From Bacilli bacterium (GTDB taxonomy: Bacteria > Bacillota_I > Bacilli_A > RF39 > UBA660): DNA of 64,000 nt. Below, in pieces: positions 55,784-64,000 of the stretch. Where the stretch lies: the NCBI GenBank assembly GCA_017441065.1, contig JAFSAI010000016.1:17599-81598 (forward strand). Direction: 5' to 3'. Position 1 is the stretch's first letter. The number at the start of each line of letters is the position of its first letter. Below the pieces are notes generated by a model. It was given only the letters and a program-made list of their open reading frames with translations, ran no database searches and was not told the DNA's origin. A program made the position numbers and the translations under genes.

Positions 55784-56549
55784 TCACTTCCTTTGCTAAA
55801 TTACGATAAGCTTCAGTCGCTCTACTAGTTGGATCATATTCATTTATTGGCTTACCATGAGATGGAGCTTCAACTAAACGTACTAATCTAGGAATGATTG
55901 TGTTAAATACTTTATCTTTAAAGTATTTTCTTATTTCTTCAATAACTTCTAATCCTATATTAGTTCTTCCATCTAACATAGTAAGTAATACTCCTTCAAT
56001 TCTAAGTGTAGGATTCATACTTGATTGAACCATTATTATTGAATTTAATAATTGAGTAATTCCATCTAACGCAAAAAATTCACATTGAACCGGAATAATT
56101 ACTGAATCACTTGCAACCAACGCATTCATAGTACCTAATCCAAGTGAAGGCTGACAATCAATAATAACATAATCAAAAATATGTCTTACTTCATTTATTG
56201 CATTTTTTAATTGTTCATTTTGTCTGAATGTTTGATCCTCTAACATTCTTTTAACAAATTCTACATCAACACCAGCTAAATTTAATGTTGATGGCACTAT
56301 AGCTAAATTTTCAAATTTAGTTTTCTTTATACCTTCTTCTATAGTACATTTACCAGTTATCACTTCATAAACATCATGATCAAAATCATTAGAATTTAAA
56401 CCAAGTCCAGTAGTAGCATTACTTTGGGGATCTAAATCTATTAATAAAACTTTTTTACCTTCTTTCCCTAATGCTGCAGCAAGATTTATACTTGTTGTAG
56501 TCTTTCCAACGCCACCCTTTTGATTAACTAATGAAATAACTTTAGCCAT
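55764..56549 (-). CDS. parA: Chromosome partitioning ATPase ParA/Soj
   Basis: Deviant Walker A NQKGGVGKTTT, LIDLDPQSNAT. Confidence 0.95.
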   Translation of the reverse strand: MAKVISLVNQKGGVGKTTTSINLAAALGKEGKKVLLIDLDPQSNATTGLGLNSNDFDHDVYEVITGKCTIEEGIKKTKFENLAIVPSTLNLAGVDVEFVKRMLEDQTFRQNEQLKNAINEVRHIFDYVIIDCQPSLGLGTMNALVASDSVIIPVQCEFFALDGITQLLNSIIMVQSSMNPTLRIEGVLLTMLDGRTNIGLEVIEEIRKYFKDKVFNTIIPRLVRLVEAPSHGKPINEYDPTSRATEAYRNLAKEVIGRNGN

Positions 56550-56877
56550 AACACACCTCTATTTTTTATATATTTCCACTACTTAATATTTTAACATAGA
56601 AAGTATAATTATTGTAGAAGAAAATATCAAAAAATATAAATAACATATTTATTTTAAATTCATATAAAAACTACTTTTTGATATAATTTATATTACAGCA
56701 ACTGATTGCAGATTATTTTTCCATATATAATAGAACAGAATGTTAAATATTACTTAATTCTTTACAATTTAAAATACATTCATACTAACGAATTAAAAAT
56801 AATTATCAAAAAGTTGAACCTTTAGTGGAAAATATCAAACTTTGGATAAAATCATTTATATACAAAGAAATTTTTCT

Positions 56878-56934
56878 AAAATAAAAAAGATTAAATATTT
56901 CTTTATTAAAGAAATATTTAATCTTTTTTATTTT
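56878..56934. terminator. Long perfect palindrome; probable bidirectional terminator
   Basis: AAAATAAAAAAGATTAAATATTTCTTTA|TTAAAGAAATATTTAATCTTTTTTATTTT, a ~27-bp stem with A/T runs on both sides. Confidence 0.6.
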
Positions 56935-57095
56935 ATACCACCATAACTTGAATCTAAATTTTCGTCAAATATATTTGGTAATTCTGGTAGTACTACTGGT
57001 TCTTGAATTATATTTCCATTTCTATCAAAATTCACCTTAATACCTTTTTCTCCATTTGAATAGCAGAATGATATCTTTTTTGTAAAACTATTCAT
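56928..57095 (-). CDS. Possible small protein (55 aa), below the ORF-track cutoff
   Basis: ATG at 57095 preceded by TGAGGAA. MNSFTKKISFCYSNGEKGIKVNFDRNGNIIQEPVVLPELPNIFDENLDSSYGGIK. Immediately downstream of the 182-aa ORF. No homology recognisable. Confidence 0.3.
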   Translation of the reverse strand: MNSFTKKISFCYSNGEKGIKVNFDRNGNIIQEPVVLPELPNIFDENLDSSYGGIK

Positions 57096-57116
57096 ATTAA
57101 TTTCCTCACATCAGTT

Positions 57117-57665
57117 TTATTTTATATTCTTTAAAATTTTTTTTGCATTTTCTATACTAATTTTTCTGTCATAATATAAATTTTGTGTCAATCGTATTGA
57201 TGTTGGATGTGTCATTCTTGTTAAATCTTCTAACTTTTCTTGATTTAATATTGATTTTTTTAATTGTTGATTAATTTTTACTTCTTCCTTTTTTAAAAGT
57301 TTTTCCAGTTCCTTTAATAACTTTTTATTACCTCTAAACATAGATTTAATATCAAGCCATACATCATATTTTATATTTTGATTAGTTAAAAACATAAATG
57401 CGTTAAATATCTGATTTATTTCATTTTTTTCTATGCTATCTTTAAGAACGTTAATTTCATCAGAAATTTTTTCATCTTTTGAACGAATATCTTTTGGAAT
57501 ATTTTCTAATTTTAGAAGTTCCATATCAATACTATCTATTAGTTCACTAAAAATTTCATTTGTTTTATTGTCAATTCCTAATTTTCTTTTAAAATCATTT
57601 AATTCAGTTTTATTCATTTTTAGTAAATCAAATGCGGTTAAATTTGAATAATCATTTGGCTTCAT
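57117..57665 (-). CDS. Hypothetical coiled-coil protein (182 aa)
   Basis: Intact ORF, Lys/Glu-rich and helical, lying between rplQ and parA; no recognisable motif. Confidence 0.5.
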   Translation of the reverse strand: MKPNDYSNLTAFDLLKMNKTELNDFKRKLGIDNKTNEIFSELIDSIDMELLKLENIPKDIRSKDEKISDEINVLKDSIEKNEINQIFNAFMFLTNQNIKYDVWLDIKSMFRGNKKLLKELEKLLKKEEVKINQQLKKSILNQEKLEDLTRMTHPTSIRLTQNLYYDRKISIENAKKILKNIK

Positions 57666-57773
57666 AAAACACCTCTATTAAAAGTATAACATATATTATT
57701 TTATTAATTATAAAATATATAAATTTTTATTAAAAAAATGTAAATAAAAAGAGCCATAAATTGGCTCTAAATA

Positions 57774-58115
57774 TTAAACTAATTCAATTCTAACTTCTAA
57801 AGCATCATCGCCACGACGTTCATTTAATTTAATTAATTTAGTATATCCGCCATTACGATTTTCATAACGTTTTGCAAGTTCATTAAAGATTTTATTAGTA
57901 ACATCTTTATCGTTATGTAAGAATGCTAAAGCTTTACGACGAGAAACTAATGTTCCTCTTTTTCCGTAAGTAATCATTTTGTCAACAAACTTGCGAACTT
58001 CTTTAGCTCTTGCTTCAGTAGTTACTACAGATTCATGCATTATAACATCTTTAGTTAATCCTGCTAAAATGCTTCTTCTTATACGTGTTTCTCTACCTAA
58101 TTTTCTATATGCCAT
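57774..58115 (-). CDS. rplQ: 50S ribosomal protein L17
   Basis: MAYRKLGRETRIRRSILAGL..TTEARAKEVR.. Confidence 0.96.
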   Translation of the reverse strand: MAYRKLGRETRIRRSILAGLTKDVIMHESVVTTEARAKEVRKFVDKMITYGKRGTLVSRRKALAFLHNDKDVTNKIFNELAKRYENRNGGYTKLIKLNERRGDDALEVRIELV

Positions 58116-58121
58116 AATCCA

Positions 58122-59066
58122 TTACTCCTTAAATGTAAGTCCTAAATCAGCAACTTTATCAAGAACTTCTTTTAAAGATTTCTTTCCTAAGTTTCTAATT
58201 TTAGTAACTTCTACTTCTCTTTTATCAACTAAATCTTGAACTGTATGTATTCCAGCTCTTTTTAAACAATTATATGCTCTAACACTAAATTCAACTTCTT
58301 CAATTGGAGTTTCTAGTGTTTTAGTAATAGTATCTACTTTCTTTTCTTGCATTAATCCTGAAAAATCACTAATTGCATTTAAATCTGCTACAATGTTAAA
58401 ATGTTCAACTAAAATTTTAGCAGCTAAAGCTAATGCTTCTTCTGGAGTAATGCTTCCATTTGTAGAAACTTCCATAATTAATTTATCATAATTTTCATTT
58501 TGTCCAACACGAGTATCAACCACTTCGTATTTAACAAGTTCAATTGGAGAATATGAAGAATCAATTGCAATAGTACCAACTTTTGCATCTTCTAATCTCT
58601 TTTTGTTTTCTTTTGCATCAACATATCCACGACCATTTTCAACAGTCATTTCAATATCAATTTTTCCACCGCTAACTAAATTACAAATAACTAAATCAGT
58701 ATTTATAACATCAACATCAGCGTCTTTTTCAATCATTCCAGCAGTAACTGGACCTTCAGTATCAGCATAAAGTCTAATAGTTTTCATTTCATTTGAATGA
58801 TTTTTAACAACTAAATTTTTAATAGCTAATACGATAGCAGTAACGTCTTCACGTACTCCTTCGATTTTTTGGAACTCATGTAGAACTCCATCAATTTTAA
58901 TGCTAGTAACAGCACTTCCTGGTAAACTAGATAATAGTACTCTACGTAAAGCATTTCCTATTGTAGTACCAAATCCTCTTTCTAAAGGATCAATTTCAAA
59001 TTTTCCAAAATGATTGCTTTCGATGTATTCAGTAATTTTGTATTCTGGTTTTTCAAATTTTATCAT
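58122..59066 (-). CDS. rpoA: DNA-directed RNA polymerase subunit alpha
   Basis: GFGTTIGNALRRVLLSSLPG.., C-terminal domain SVRAYNCLKRAGI. Confidence 0.97.
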   Translation of the reverse strand: MIKFEKPEYKITEYIESNHFGKFEIDPLERGFGTTIGNALRRVLLSSLPGSAVTSIKIDGVLHEFQKIEGVREDVTAIVLAIKNLVVKNHSNEMKTIRLYADTEGPVTAGMIEKDADVDVINTDLVICNLVSGGKIDIEMTVENGRGYVDAKENKKRLEDAKVGTIAIDSSYSPIELVKYEVVDTRVGQNENYDKLIMEVSTNGSITPEEALALAAKILVEHFNIVADLNAISDFSGLMQEKKVDTITKTLETPIEEVEFSVRAYNCLKRAGIHTVQDLVDKREVEVTKIRNLGKKSLKEVLDKVADLGLTFKE

Positions 59067-59089
59067 AATACAATATTCCTTTCTTAAAG

Positions 59090-59473
59090 TTAATTTCTAG
59101 GTCTTTTAGGTGGACGACATCCATTGTGAGGGATTGGAGTTTCATCAACAATACTTGTAACTTCTAATCCAGCACTTTGTAATGATCTGATTGCATTTTC
59201 ACGTCCTGGTCCTAAACCTTTAACATAAACTTCAACTTTTTTAACACCTTGTTCAATTGCAGCAGCAGCAGCAGCTTCAGCTGTTAAACCTGCAGCAAAT
59301 GGAGTTTTCTTTTTGCTTCCAAGATATCCGATTCTTCCAGCACTTGACCAACTAATAGCATTTCCATCTTTATCACTAATTGTAACAATTGTGTTATTGT
59401 ATGTTGAATGAATATGAGCTTCAGCTTCTGGAATATTTTTCTTAATTTTTCTTTTTCTTCTATTATATGCCAT
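59090..59473 (-). CDS. rpsK: 30S ribosomal protein S11
   Basis: ..[40 protein letters not shown]. Confidence 0.97.
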   Translation of the reverse strand: MAYNRRKRKIKKNIPEAEAHIHSTYNNTIVTISDKDGNAISWSSAGRIGYLGSKKKTPFAAGLTAEAAAAAAIEQGVKKVEVYVKGLGPGRENAIRSLQSAGLEVTSIVDETPIPHNGCRPPKRPRN

Positions 59474-59483
59474 AAGTTATCCT

Positions 59484-59858
59484 CTACTTTCCAACCTTTT
59501 TCTTGTTAGCTACAACTTTTCCTTTACCTTTACGAGTTTTAGCATTTCTACTAGTTCTTTGTCCTCTTACCGGTAAACCTTTTTTGTGTCTAACACCTTC
59601 ATAACAATTTATTTCCATTTTATTTTTAATGCTCATTTGAACATCTCTACGTAAGTCACCTTCAACTACATATTTATCTACTTCTTTACGTAATGCAGTA
59701 ACTTCATCTTCAGTTAAATCTTTAATTTTTTTAGTTTCGTCTACTTTTGCATCTTTACAAATTGTTTTTGCAAGTGGACGACCAATACCATAAATTGCTG
59801 TAAGTCCTATACAAGTATGTTTTTCTCCTGGTAATTCAATATTCTTAATTCTTGCCAT
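59484..59858 (-). CDS. rpsM: 30S ribosomal protein S13
   Basis: [29 protein letters not shown]. Confidence 0.97.
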   Translation of the reverse strand: MARIKNIELPGEKHTCIGLTAIYGIGRPLAKTICKDAKVDETKKIKDLTEDEVTALRKEVDKYVVEGDLRRDVQMSIKNKMEINCYEGVRHKKGLPVRGQRTSRNAKTRKGKGKVVANKKKVGK

Positions 59859-59867
59859 AATTTCCTC

Positions 59868-59981
59868 CTAACCTTGAACTTGTTTATGTTTAGGATTATC
59901 ACAGATAACCATAACTTTTCCGTTTCTTCTAATAATTTTACATTTTTTGCAAATCTTTTTTACTGATGGTCTAACTTTCAT
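59868..59981 (-). CDS. rpmJ: 50S ribosomal protein L36
   Basis: Not in the ORF track because it is short. My translation is [37 protein letters not shown], which is canonical L36. Confidence 0.9.
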   Translation of the reverse strand: MKVRPSVKKICKKCKIIRRNGKVMVICDNPKHKQVQG

Positions 59982-59993
59982 AACTATCCTCCA

Positions 59994-60221
59994 TTATCTT
60001 TTGTTCCATGTTATTATCCCACGTGTTAAATCGTAAGGCGACAATTGTACTGTAACTGTATCACCTGGTAGAATACGTATCATATTAATGCGCATTTTAC
60101 CAGAAACGTAGGCTTTTACAGTATGTCCGTTAGGAAGTTCTACTAGATAATCTGATCCTTTTAAAACTTCTACTACTTTGCCTTCAACTTCAATTTTATC
60201 ATTCTTTTTGGATTCTGCCAA
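59994..60221 (-). CDS. infA: Translation initiation factor IF-1
   Basis: ..[44 protein letters not shown]. Likely TTG start at 60221, about 10 nt after GGAG; the tracked GTG at 60230 abuts the RBS. Confidence 0.93.
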   Translation of the reverse strand: MAESKKNDKIEVEGKVVEVLKGSDYLVELPNGHTVKAYVSGKMRINMIRILPGDTVTVQLSPYDLTRGIITWNKR

Positions 60222-60226
60222 TTTTC

Positions 60227-60970
60227 TCACTCTCCTGTTAATATAACAAATCCATCTTTGGTAACTAATACTGTATGTTCAAAATGGGCACTAGGTAGTC
60301 CATCTTCTGTTTTGATAGTCCACTCGTCTTCTTCCATATAAATATGTCTACTTCCCAAATTTAACATTGGTTCAACAGCAATTACCATACCTGCTCTTAA
60401 TCTTGTAACATCATTCGTATAATAATTTGGTACATCTGGATCTTCATGTATACTACTTCCAACCCCATGACCAACTAATTCACGAACTACTCCTAAGTTG
60501 TTCATTTTTGCAAAATTTTCAATTTTGCTTCCAATATCACTTATTTTAACACCATCTTTGATAACACTCAAGCCTTCATATAAACTTTTTCTTGTGTTTT
60601 CAACTAAATCTTCGATTTCTTTTGATGCATGTCCGACTATATAAGTATTAGCGGAATCTGAATGATATCCTTTATATTCAACGCCAATGTCTACAGATAC
60701 TACATCACCATCTTTAAGCTTTCTTTTAGATGGTATTCCATGTACTACTTCATCATTAACGGATATACAGATACTTGCTGGGTATCCTTCATAATTTAGA
60801 AATGAAGGATTACATCCATTATCTAAGATAAACTTATGAGCTATATCATTTAAAGCCTTGGTAGAAATACCAGCTTTAATATTTTTAGCAACTTCTAAGT
60901 GTGTTAAATAATTGATATGCCCAGCATGTTTCATTAATTCTATTTCTCTATCACTTTTAATACTAATCAT
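60227..60970 (-). CDS. map: Type I methionine aminopeptidase
   Basis: ..[27 protein letters not shown]. Confidence 0.95.
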   Translation of the reverse strand: MISIKSDREIELMKHAGHINYLTHLEVAKNIKAGISTKALNDIAHKFILDNGCNPSFLNYEGYPASICISVNDEVVHGIPSKRKLKDGDVVSVDIGVEYKGYHSDSANTYIVGHASKEIEDLVENTRKSLYEGLSVIKDGVKISDIGSKIENFAKMNNLGVVRELVGHGVGSSIHEDPDVPNYYTNDVTRLRAGMVIAVEPMLNLGSRHIYMEEDEWTIKTEDGLPSAHFEHTVLVTKDGFVILTGE

Positions 60971-61605
60971 TTTAAAATGTCCTTAATTTTATCTGTAATA
61001 TTTTCATTACCAATTTTAGTATCTATTATATGTAATTTATTTTTACTTTTATAGAATTCCATAATTGGTTCATTATTTTTTAAGAATGTATCAAATCTAT
61101 TTCTAAATGTTTCTTCATTATCATCAGTTCTTTGAACTAAAGCCTTTCCACATTTATCACAAATATTTTCTTTTTTTGGTTTTAATTTTTCAAAGAAAAT
61201 ATTATAAGATAATCCACATTCACATGTAAGACGACCTAATGCTCTTTTTAATGCTTCTTCTAATTCAATATCTAAATATATAACTTCATAGTTATTAATT
61301 TTTAAATCATTAAGTAATTTATCTAACATATAAGCTTGATTCAAAGTTCTTGGAAAACCATCTAATATAAATGGCTTATCAATAGTTTTAAACTTATTAG
61401 TTATAAGTTCAAAAACAATTTCATCACTAACAAGTGAACCACTAGTCATAATGTCTTTAATTTGAATTCCAATGTCGCTTTCTTTATTAATTTCTTCTCT
61501 AAGCATATTACCAGTAGAAATATGTTCATAACCTAAATCTACTAGTTTACTGCTTTGAGTACCTTTTCCAGCAACTGGTGGAGCAATAAAAATCACATTT
61601 TTCAT
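60967..61605 (-). CDS. adk: Adenylate kinase
   Basis: IFIAPPVAGKGTQ, GFPRTLNQA, and a zinc-lid CECG..CDKCG. Confidence 0.95.
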   Translation of the reverse strand: MKNVIFIAPPVAGKGTQSSKLVDLGYEHISTGNMLREEINKESDIGIQIKDIMTSGSLVSDEIVFELITNKFKTIDKPFILDGFPRTLNQAYMLDKLLNDLKINNYEVIYLDIELEEALKRALGRLTCECGLSYNIFFEKLKPKKENICDKCGKALVQRTDDNEETFRNRFDTFLKNNEPIMEFYKSKNKLHIIDTKIGNENITDKIKDILK

Positions 61606-62867
61606 TATCTTAATCTCTTTCTCTTTTCTTTATAACTTCTTGCAAGTAAACTACTTTCCATTTGTTTATATGTTTCAATTGCAACTCCTACTACGATAAG
61701 TAATCCTGTTCCTCCAATAGTAACTGTACTAGGAAGACTAGATATTTTACTTATAAGTACAGGAAGCACTGCAATGATTGTTAAGAAAATACTTCCAACA
61801 ATAGTTAATCTACTAATAGATGAACTAATATATTTTGATGTATCTTCTCCAGGTCTAATTCCTGGAATATAGCCTCCTCTTTCATTTAAATTCTTACTCA
61901 TTTCTTCTGGATTCATTACCATAAATGTATAGAAATAACCAAAGAAGAAAATAAGAATTATATAAAGTAGAAGACCAGTAGTTGATGTATAAACAATATA
62001 ATTATTTACAAAATTAATTGCTGCTTCATTACCTATTAATGCTACTACTGTAGAAGGTACTGTTAATAATATTTGAGCAAATATTACTGGAATAACTCCT
62101 GCAGAATTAATTTTTATTGGTAAATAACTTTGTTGTGCACCATATGCACTAGTAGTTCTATTTGCATATTGTATTGGAATTCTTCTTTCAGCAAGCTGAA
62201 TATAAATAATTCCAACTAGTACTAAAACATAAACTAAAATGAATACAATAAATAAAGTAATACCTAATCCTAAAGCATAAGAACCATTGATAAATGCATC
62301 ATATGCTCCGATAAATACATTTGGCATACTTTGAATAATACCTGCTAAAATAATCATTGAAGAACCATTACCAATACCTTTTTTAGTAATTTGATCTCCT
62401 AACCATAAACAGAATGATGTACCAGCAGTCATTACTAATGCTGTTTTTATCATATCCATTGTACCTAATGACTTCATATAAAATATACATAAAGCATAGG
62501 CTTGTACAAATGCTAGTACTATTGCTAAATATCTTGTGATTTTATTTATTTTTTGTCTTCCAACATATCCTTGTTCTTTTAGTTCCTTAAAATAAGGAAT
62601 AATATCCATTTGTAATAATTGCGTAATGATAGAAGCAGTTATGTAAGGAGAAACTCCTAATGCAAATATTGAAAAGTTTTGCAAACCGCCTCCACTCATT
62701 AAGTTGAATATTTCTAAAAATCCAAGATCTTGATATATTTTAGAAGCCCAAGGTATCGTAACAGTTGTTCCCAAACAGAACAAACCTAAACAAGCTAAAG
62801 TAAAATATATTCTTTTTCTTAAATCCTTATTAGATTTACTAAAAAGTTGGGAAAACCCACGAAACAT
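61605..62867 (-). CDS. secY: Preprotein translocase subunit SecY
   Basis: 420 aa with 10 TM helices; FALGVSPYITASII, GIGNGSSMII. Confidence 0.96.
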   Translation of the reverse strand: MFRGFSQLFSKSNKDLRKRIYFTLACLGLFCLGTTVTIPWASKIYQDLGFLEIFNLMSGGGLQNFSIFALGVSPYITASIITQLLQMDIIPYFKELKEQGYVGRQKINKITRYLAIVLAFVQAYALCIFYMKSLGTMDMIKTALVMTAGTSFCLWLGDQITKKGIGNGSSMIILAGIIQSMPNVFIGAYDAFINGSYALGLGITLFIVFILVYVLVLVGIIYIQLAERRIPIQYANRTTSAYGAQQSYLPIKINSAGVIPVIFAQILLTVPSTVVALIGNEAAINFVNNYIVYTSTTGLLLYIILIFFFGYFYTFMVMNPEEMSKNLNERGGYIPGIRPGEDTSKYISSSISRLTIVGSIFLTIIAVLPVLISKISSLPSTVTIGGTGLLIVVGVAIETYKQMESSLLARSYKEKRKRLR

Positions 62868-63311
62868 CTAAATCACCTCAGCTTTGCCACCGGCTTCTTC
62901 TATTTTAGTTACAGCCTTACTTGAGAATCTTTGTGCTTTAATAGTTAATTTTTTATCTAAATTTCCATTAGCTAAAACTTTAATACCACACAAACTATTC
63001 TTTATTATTCCTCTTTCTTTTAAAATTTCTGGTGTTACTACATCACCATCTTTGAAAAATTTATTTAATTCATCAAGATTAATTGTTGCAAATTCGCATC
63101 TAAATCTTTTATTATTGAAACCTCTTTTAGGAAGTCTTCTATATAATGGAGATTGTCCACCTTGGAACCAAGCTGGAATTGAAGCACCGCTTCTAGACTT
63201 TTGTCCATTTTCTCCACGAGTTGATGTTTTACCCATTCCTGATCCTGGACCTCTACCAACTCTTTTTATACTTTTTGTTTCTTTAGATTTTGGTAAATTT
63301 TCTAATCTCAT
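62868..63311 (-). CDS. rplO: 50S ribosomal protein L15
   Basis: Start at MRLENLPK.. (63311); [17 protein letters not shown]. Confidence 0.95.
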   Translation of the reverse strand: MRLENLPKSKETKSIKRVGRGPGSGMGKTSTRGENGQKSRSGASIPAWFQGGQSPLYRRLPKRGFNNKRFRCEFATINLDELNKFFKDGDVVTPEILKERGIIKNSLCGIKVLANGNLDKKLTIKAQRFSSKAVTKIEEAGGKAEVI

Positions 63312-63312
63312 A

Positions 63313-63828
63313 TTATAATTCCTCCACTTTTTTGCCACGTAATTCAGCAATATGTTCAGGAGTTCTTTGAGCTTGTAATGCTTCTAATGTAGCTTTAGCA
63401 ACATTAATTTGAGTACTTGCTCCTAAACTCTTAGCAACTATATCTTTTACACCAGCTAGTTCTAATACAGCACGAGCTGCTCCACCAGCGATGATTCCGC
63501 GACCTTCTTTTGCAGGTTTTACTAATACTATACTTCTACCAACTTTTCCAGTTTCTTCATGAGGTATAGTTCTATTATCAATTAAAGATATTTTTACAAC
63601 GTTTTTATTAGCAGCTTGAATAGCTTTTTTGATTGCTTCTGAAACTTCATTAGCTTTTCCAGTTCCAATACCTACTAATCCTTTTCTATTTCCAACAGCA
63701 ACATCTGCTTTGAAACGGAAATGTCTTCCACCTTTAGTAACTTTTGTTACTTTAGATATAGATATAACTTTTTCTTCTAATAAGTTTTTCTTAGCATCAT
63801 TATTTTTTCTAACAACTTTCTTATCCAT
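63313..63828 (-). CDS. rpsE: 30S ribosomal protein S5
   Basis: ..[35 protein letters not shown]. Confidence 0.96.
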   Translation of the reverse strand: MDKKVVRKNNDAKKNLLEEKVISISKVTKVTKGGRHFRFKADVAVGNRKGLVGIGTGKANEVSEAIKKAIQAANKNVVKISLIDNRTIPHEETGKVGRSIVLVKPAKEGRGIIAGGAARAVLELAGVKDIVAKSLGASTQINVAKATLEALQAQRTPEHIAELRGKKVEEL

Positions 63829-63837
63829 ACGTCCTCC

Positions 63838-64000
63838 TTATATCTCTAATCCTGCTTCTCTAGCAGCATCTGCTAAAGCGCTTACACGACCATGATATAA
63901 GTATCCACCACGGTCAAAAACTACTTTATTAATTTTAGCTTTTTTACATTTTTCAGCAATGTCTTTACCAACTAATTTAGCAGCTTCAACATTACCTCCA
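63838..64000 (-). CDS. rplR: 50S ribosomal protein L18 (3' part; 5' end outside window)
   Basis: Minus-strand frame reads ..[53 protein letters not shown] with the stop at 63838-63840. Confidence 0.9.
   Translation of the reverse strand, partial: GGNVEAAKLVGKDIAEKCKKAKINKVVFDRGGYLYHGRVSALADAAREAGLEI

Noticed and set aside
56550-57116. Replication origin (DnaA-box cluster) next to parA
   Set aside because: Only one near-consensus box (TTTGGATAA, about 56841) was seen. No dnaA/dnaN genes or box cluster are present. The long palindrome at 56878-56934 is better explained as a bidirectional terminator.
2753-63895. Antisense or shadow ORFs from the track (2753-3040, 4812-4994, 6358-6546, 8865-9050, 15482-15694, 18113-18385, 18590-18814, 20769-21849 group, 31571-31777, 32514-32756, 32809-33595 group, 34141-34695 group, 36318-36506, 44888-45118, 46490-46717, 47785-47997, 52250-52495, 57433-57651, 57979-58239, 62884-63318, 63065-63259, 63629-63895)
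   Set aside because: Each lies wholly or largely within, and mostly antisense to, a longer ORF with clear homology. They show low-complexity Ile/Leu/Phe/Ser-rich translations typical of reverse frames in AT-rich DNA, and have no RBS.

Overview
AT-rich Bacillota-type chromosome segment from a spore-former (cwlD, gerQ and a SpoVB/MurJ-like flippase are present). It is transcribed almost entirely on the minus strand. Core blocks: pyruvate:ferredoxin oxidoreductase and enolase (0.3-5 kb); femAB-like, argS, srtB and htrA (5-12 kb); rplM-rpsI-truA, whiA-yvcK and ftsEX with an M23 peptidase (28-35 kb); ung, rlmH, dnaB-rplI and rpsF-ssb-rpsR (41-49 kb); ychF and parAB (52-56 kb); and the distal spc/alpha ribosomal operon from rplR to rplQ (57.7-64 kb). 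Five things stand out. (1) An accessory array lies directly downstream of rpsI (about 19.0-27.9 kb). Unrelated gene cassettes there are separated by reiterated junction modules: diverged copies of the last ~20 nt of rpsI, a shared terminator, a TGTATGCTGTGTGT core and a shared promoter/operator. This looks like serial site-specific integration at the rpsI 3' end, but no recombinase is in the window. (2) Inside that array, a radical SAM/SPASM enzyme is translationally coupled to a small Rx4H (HEPN-like) protein, followed by two orphan ORFs. This is my best candidate for an undescribed defence or toxin module. (3) Two copies of a ~270-nt self-contained element (13.9-14.2 kb and 37.1-37.4 kb) each have a promoter, a long terminator hairpin and an Asn-codon-rich, adenine-avoiding core. 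The core resembles a diversity-generating-retroelement template repeat, but no reverse transcriptase or variable region is in the window. (4) An AbiD/F-type abortive-infection gene is embedded in the htrA operon. (5) A pair of catalytically degenerate EcfA-like ORFs occupies the position where ecfA-ecfA'-ecfT normally sits. No rRNA, tRNA, CRISPR array, transposase or integrase was recognised.
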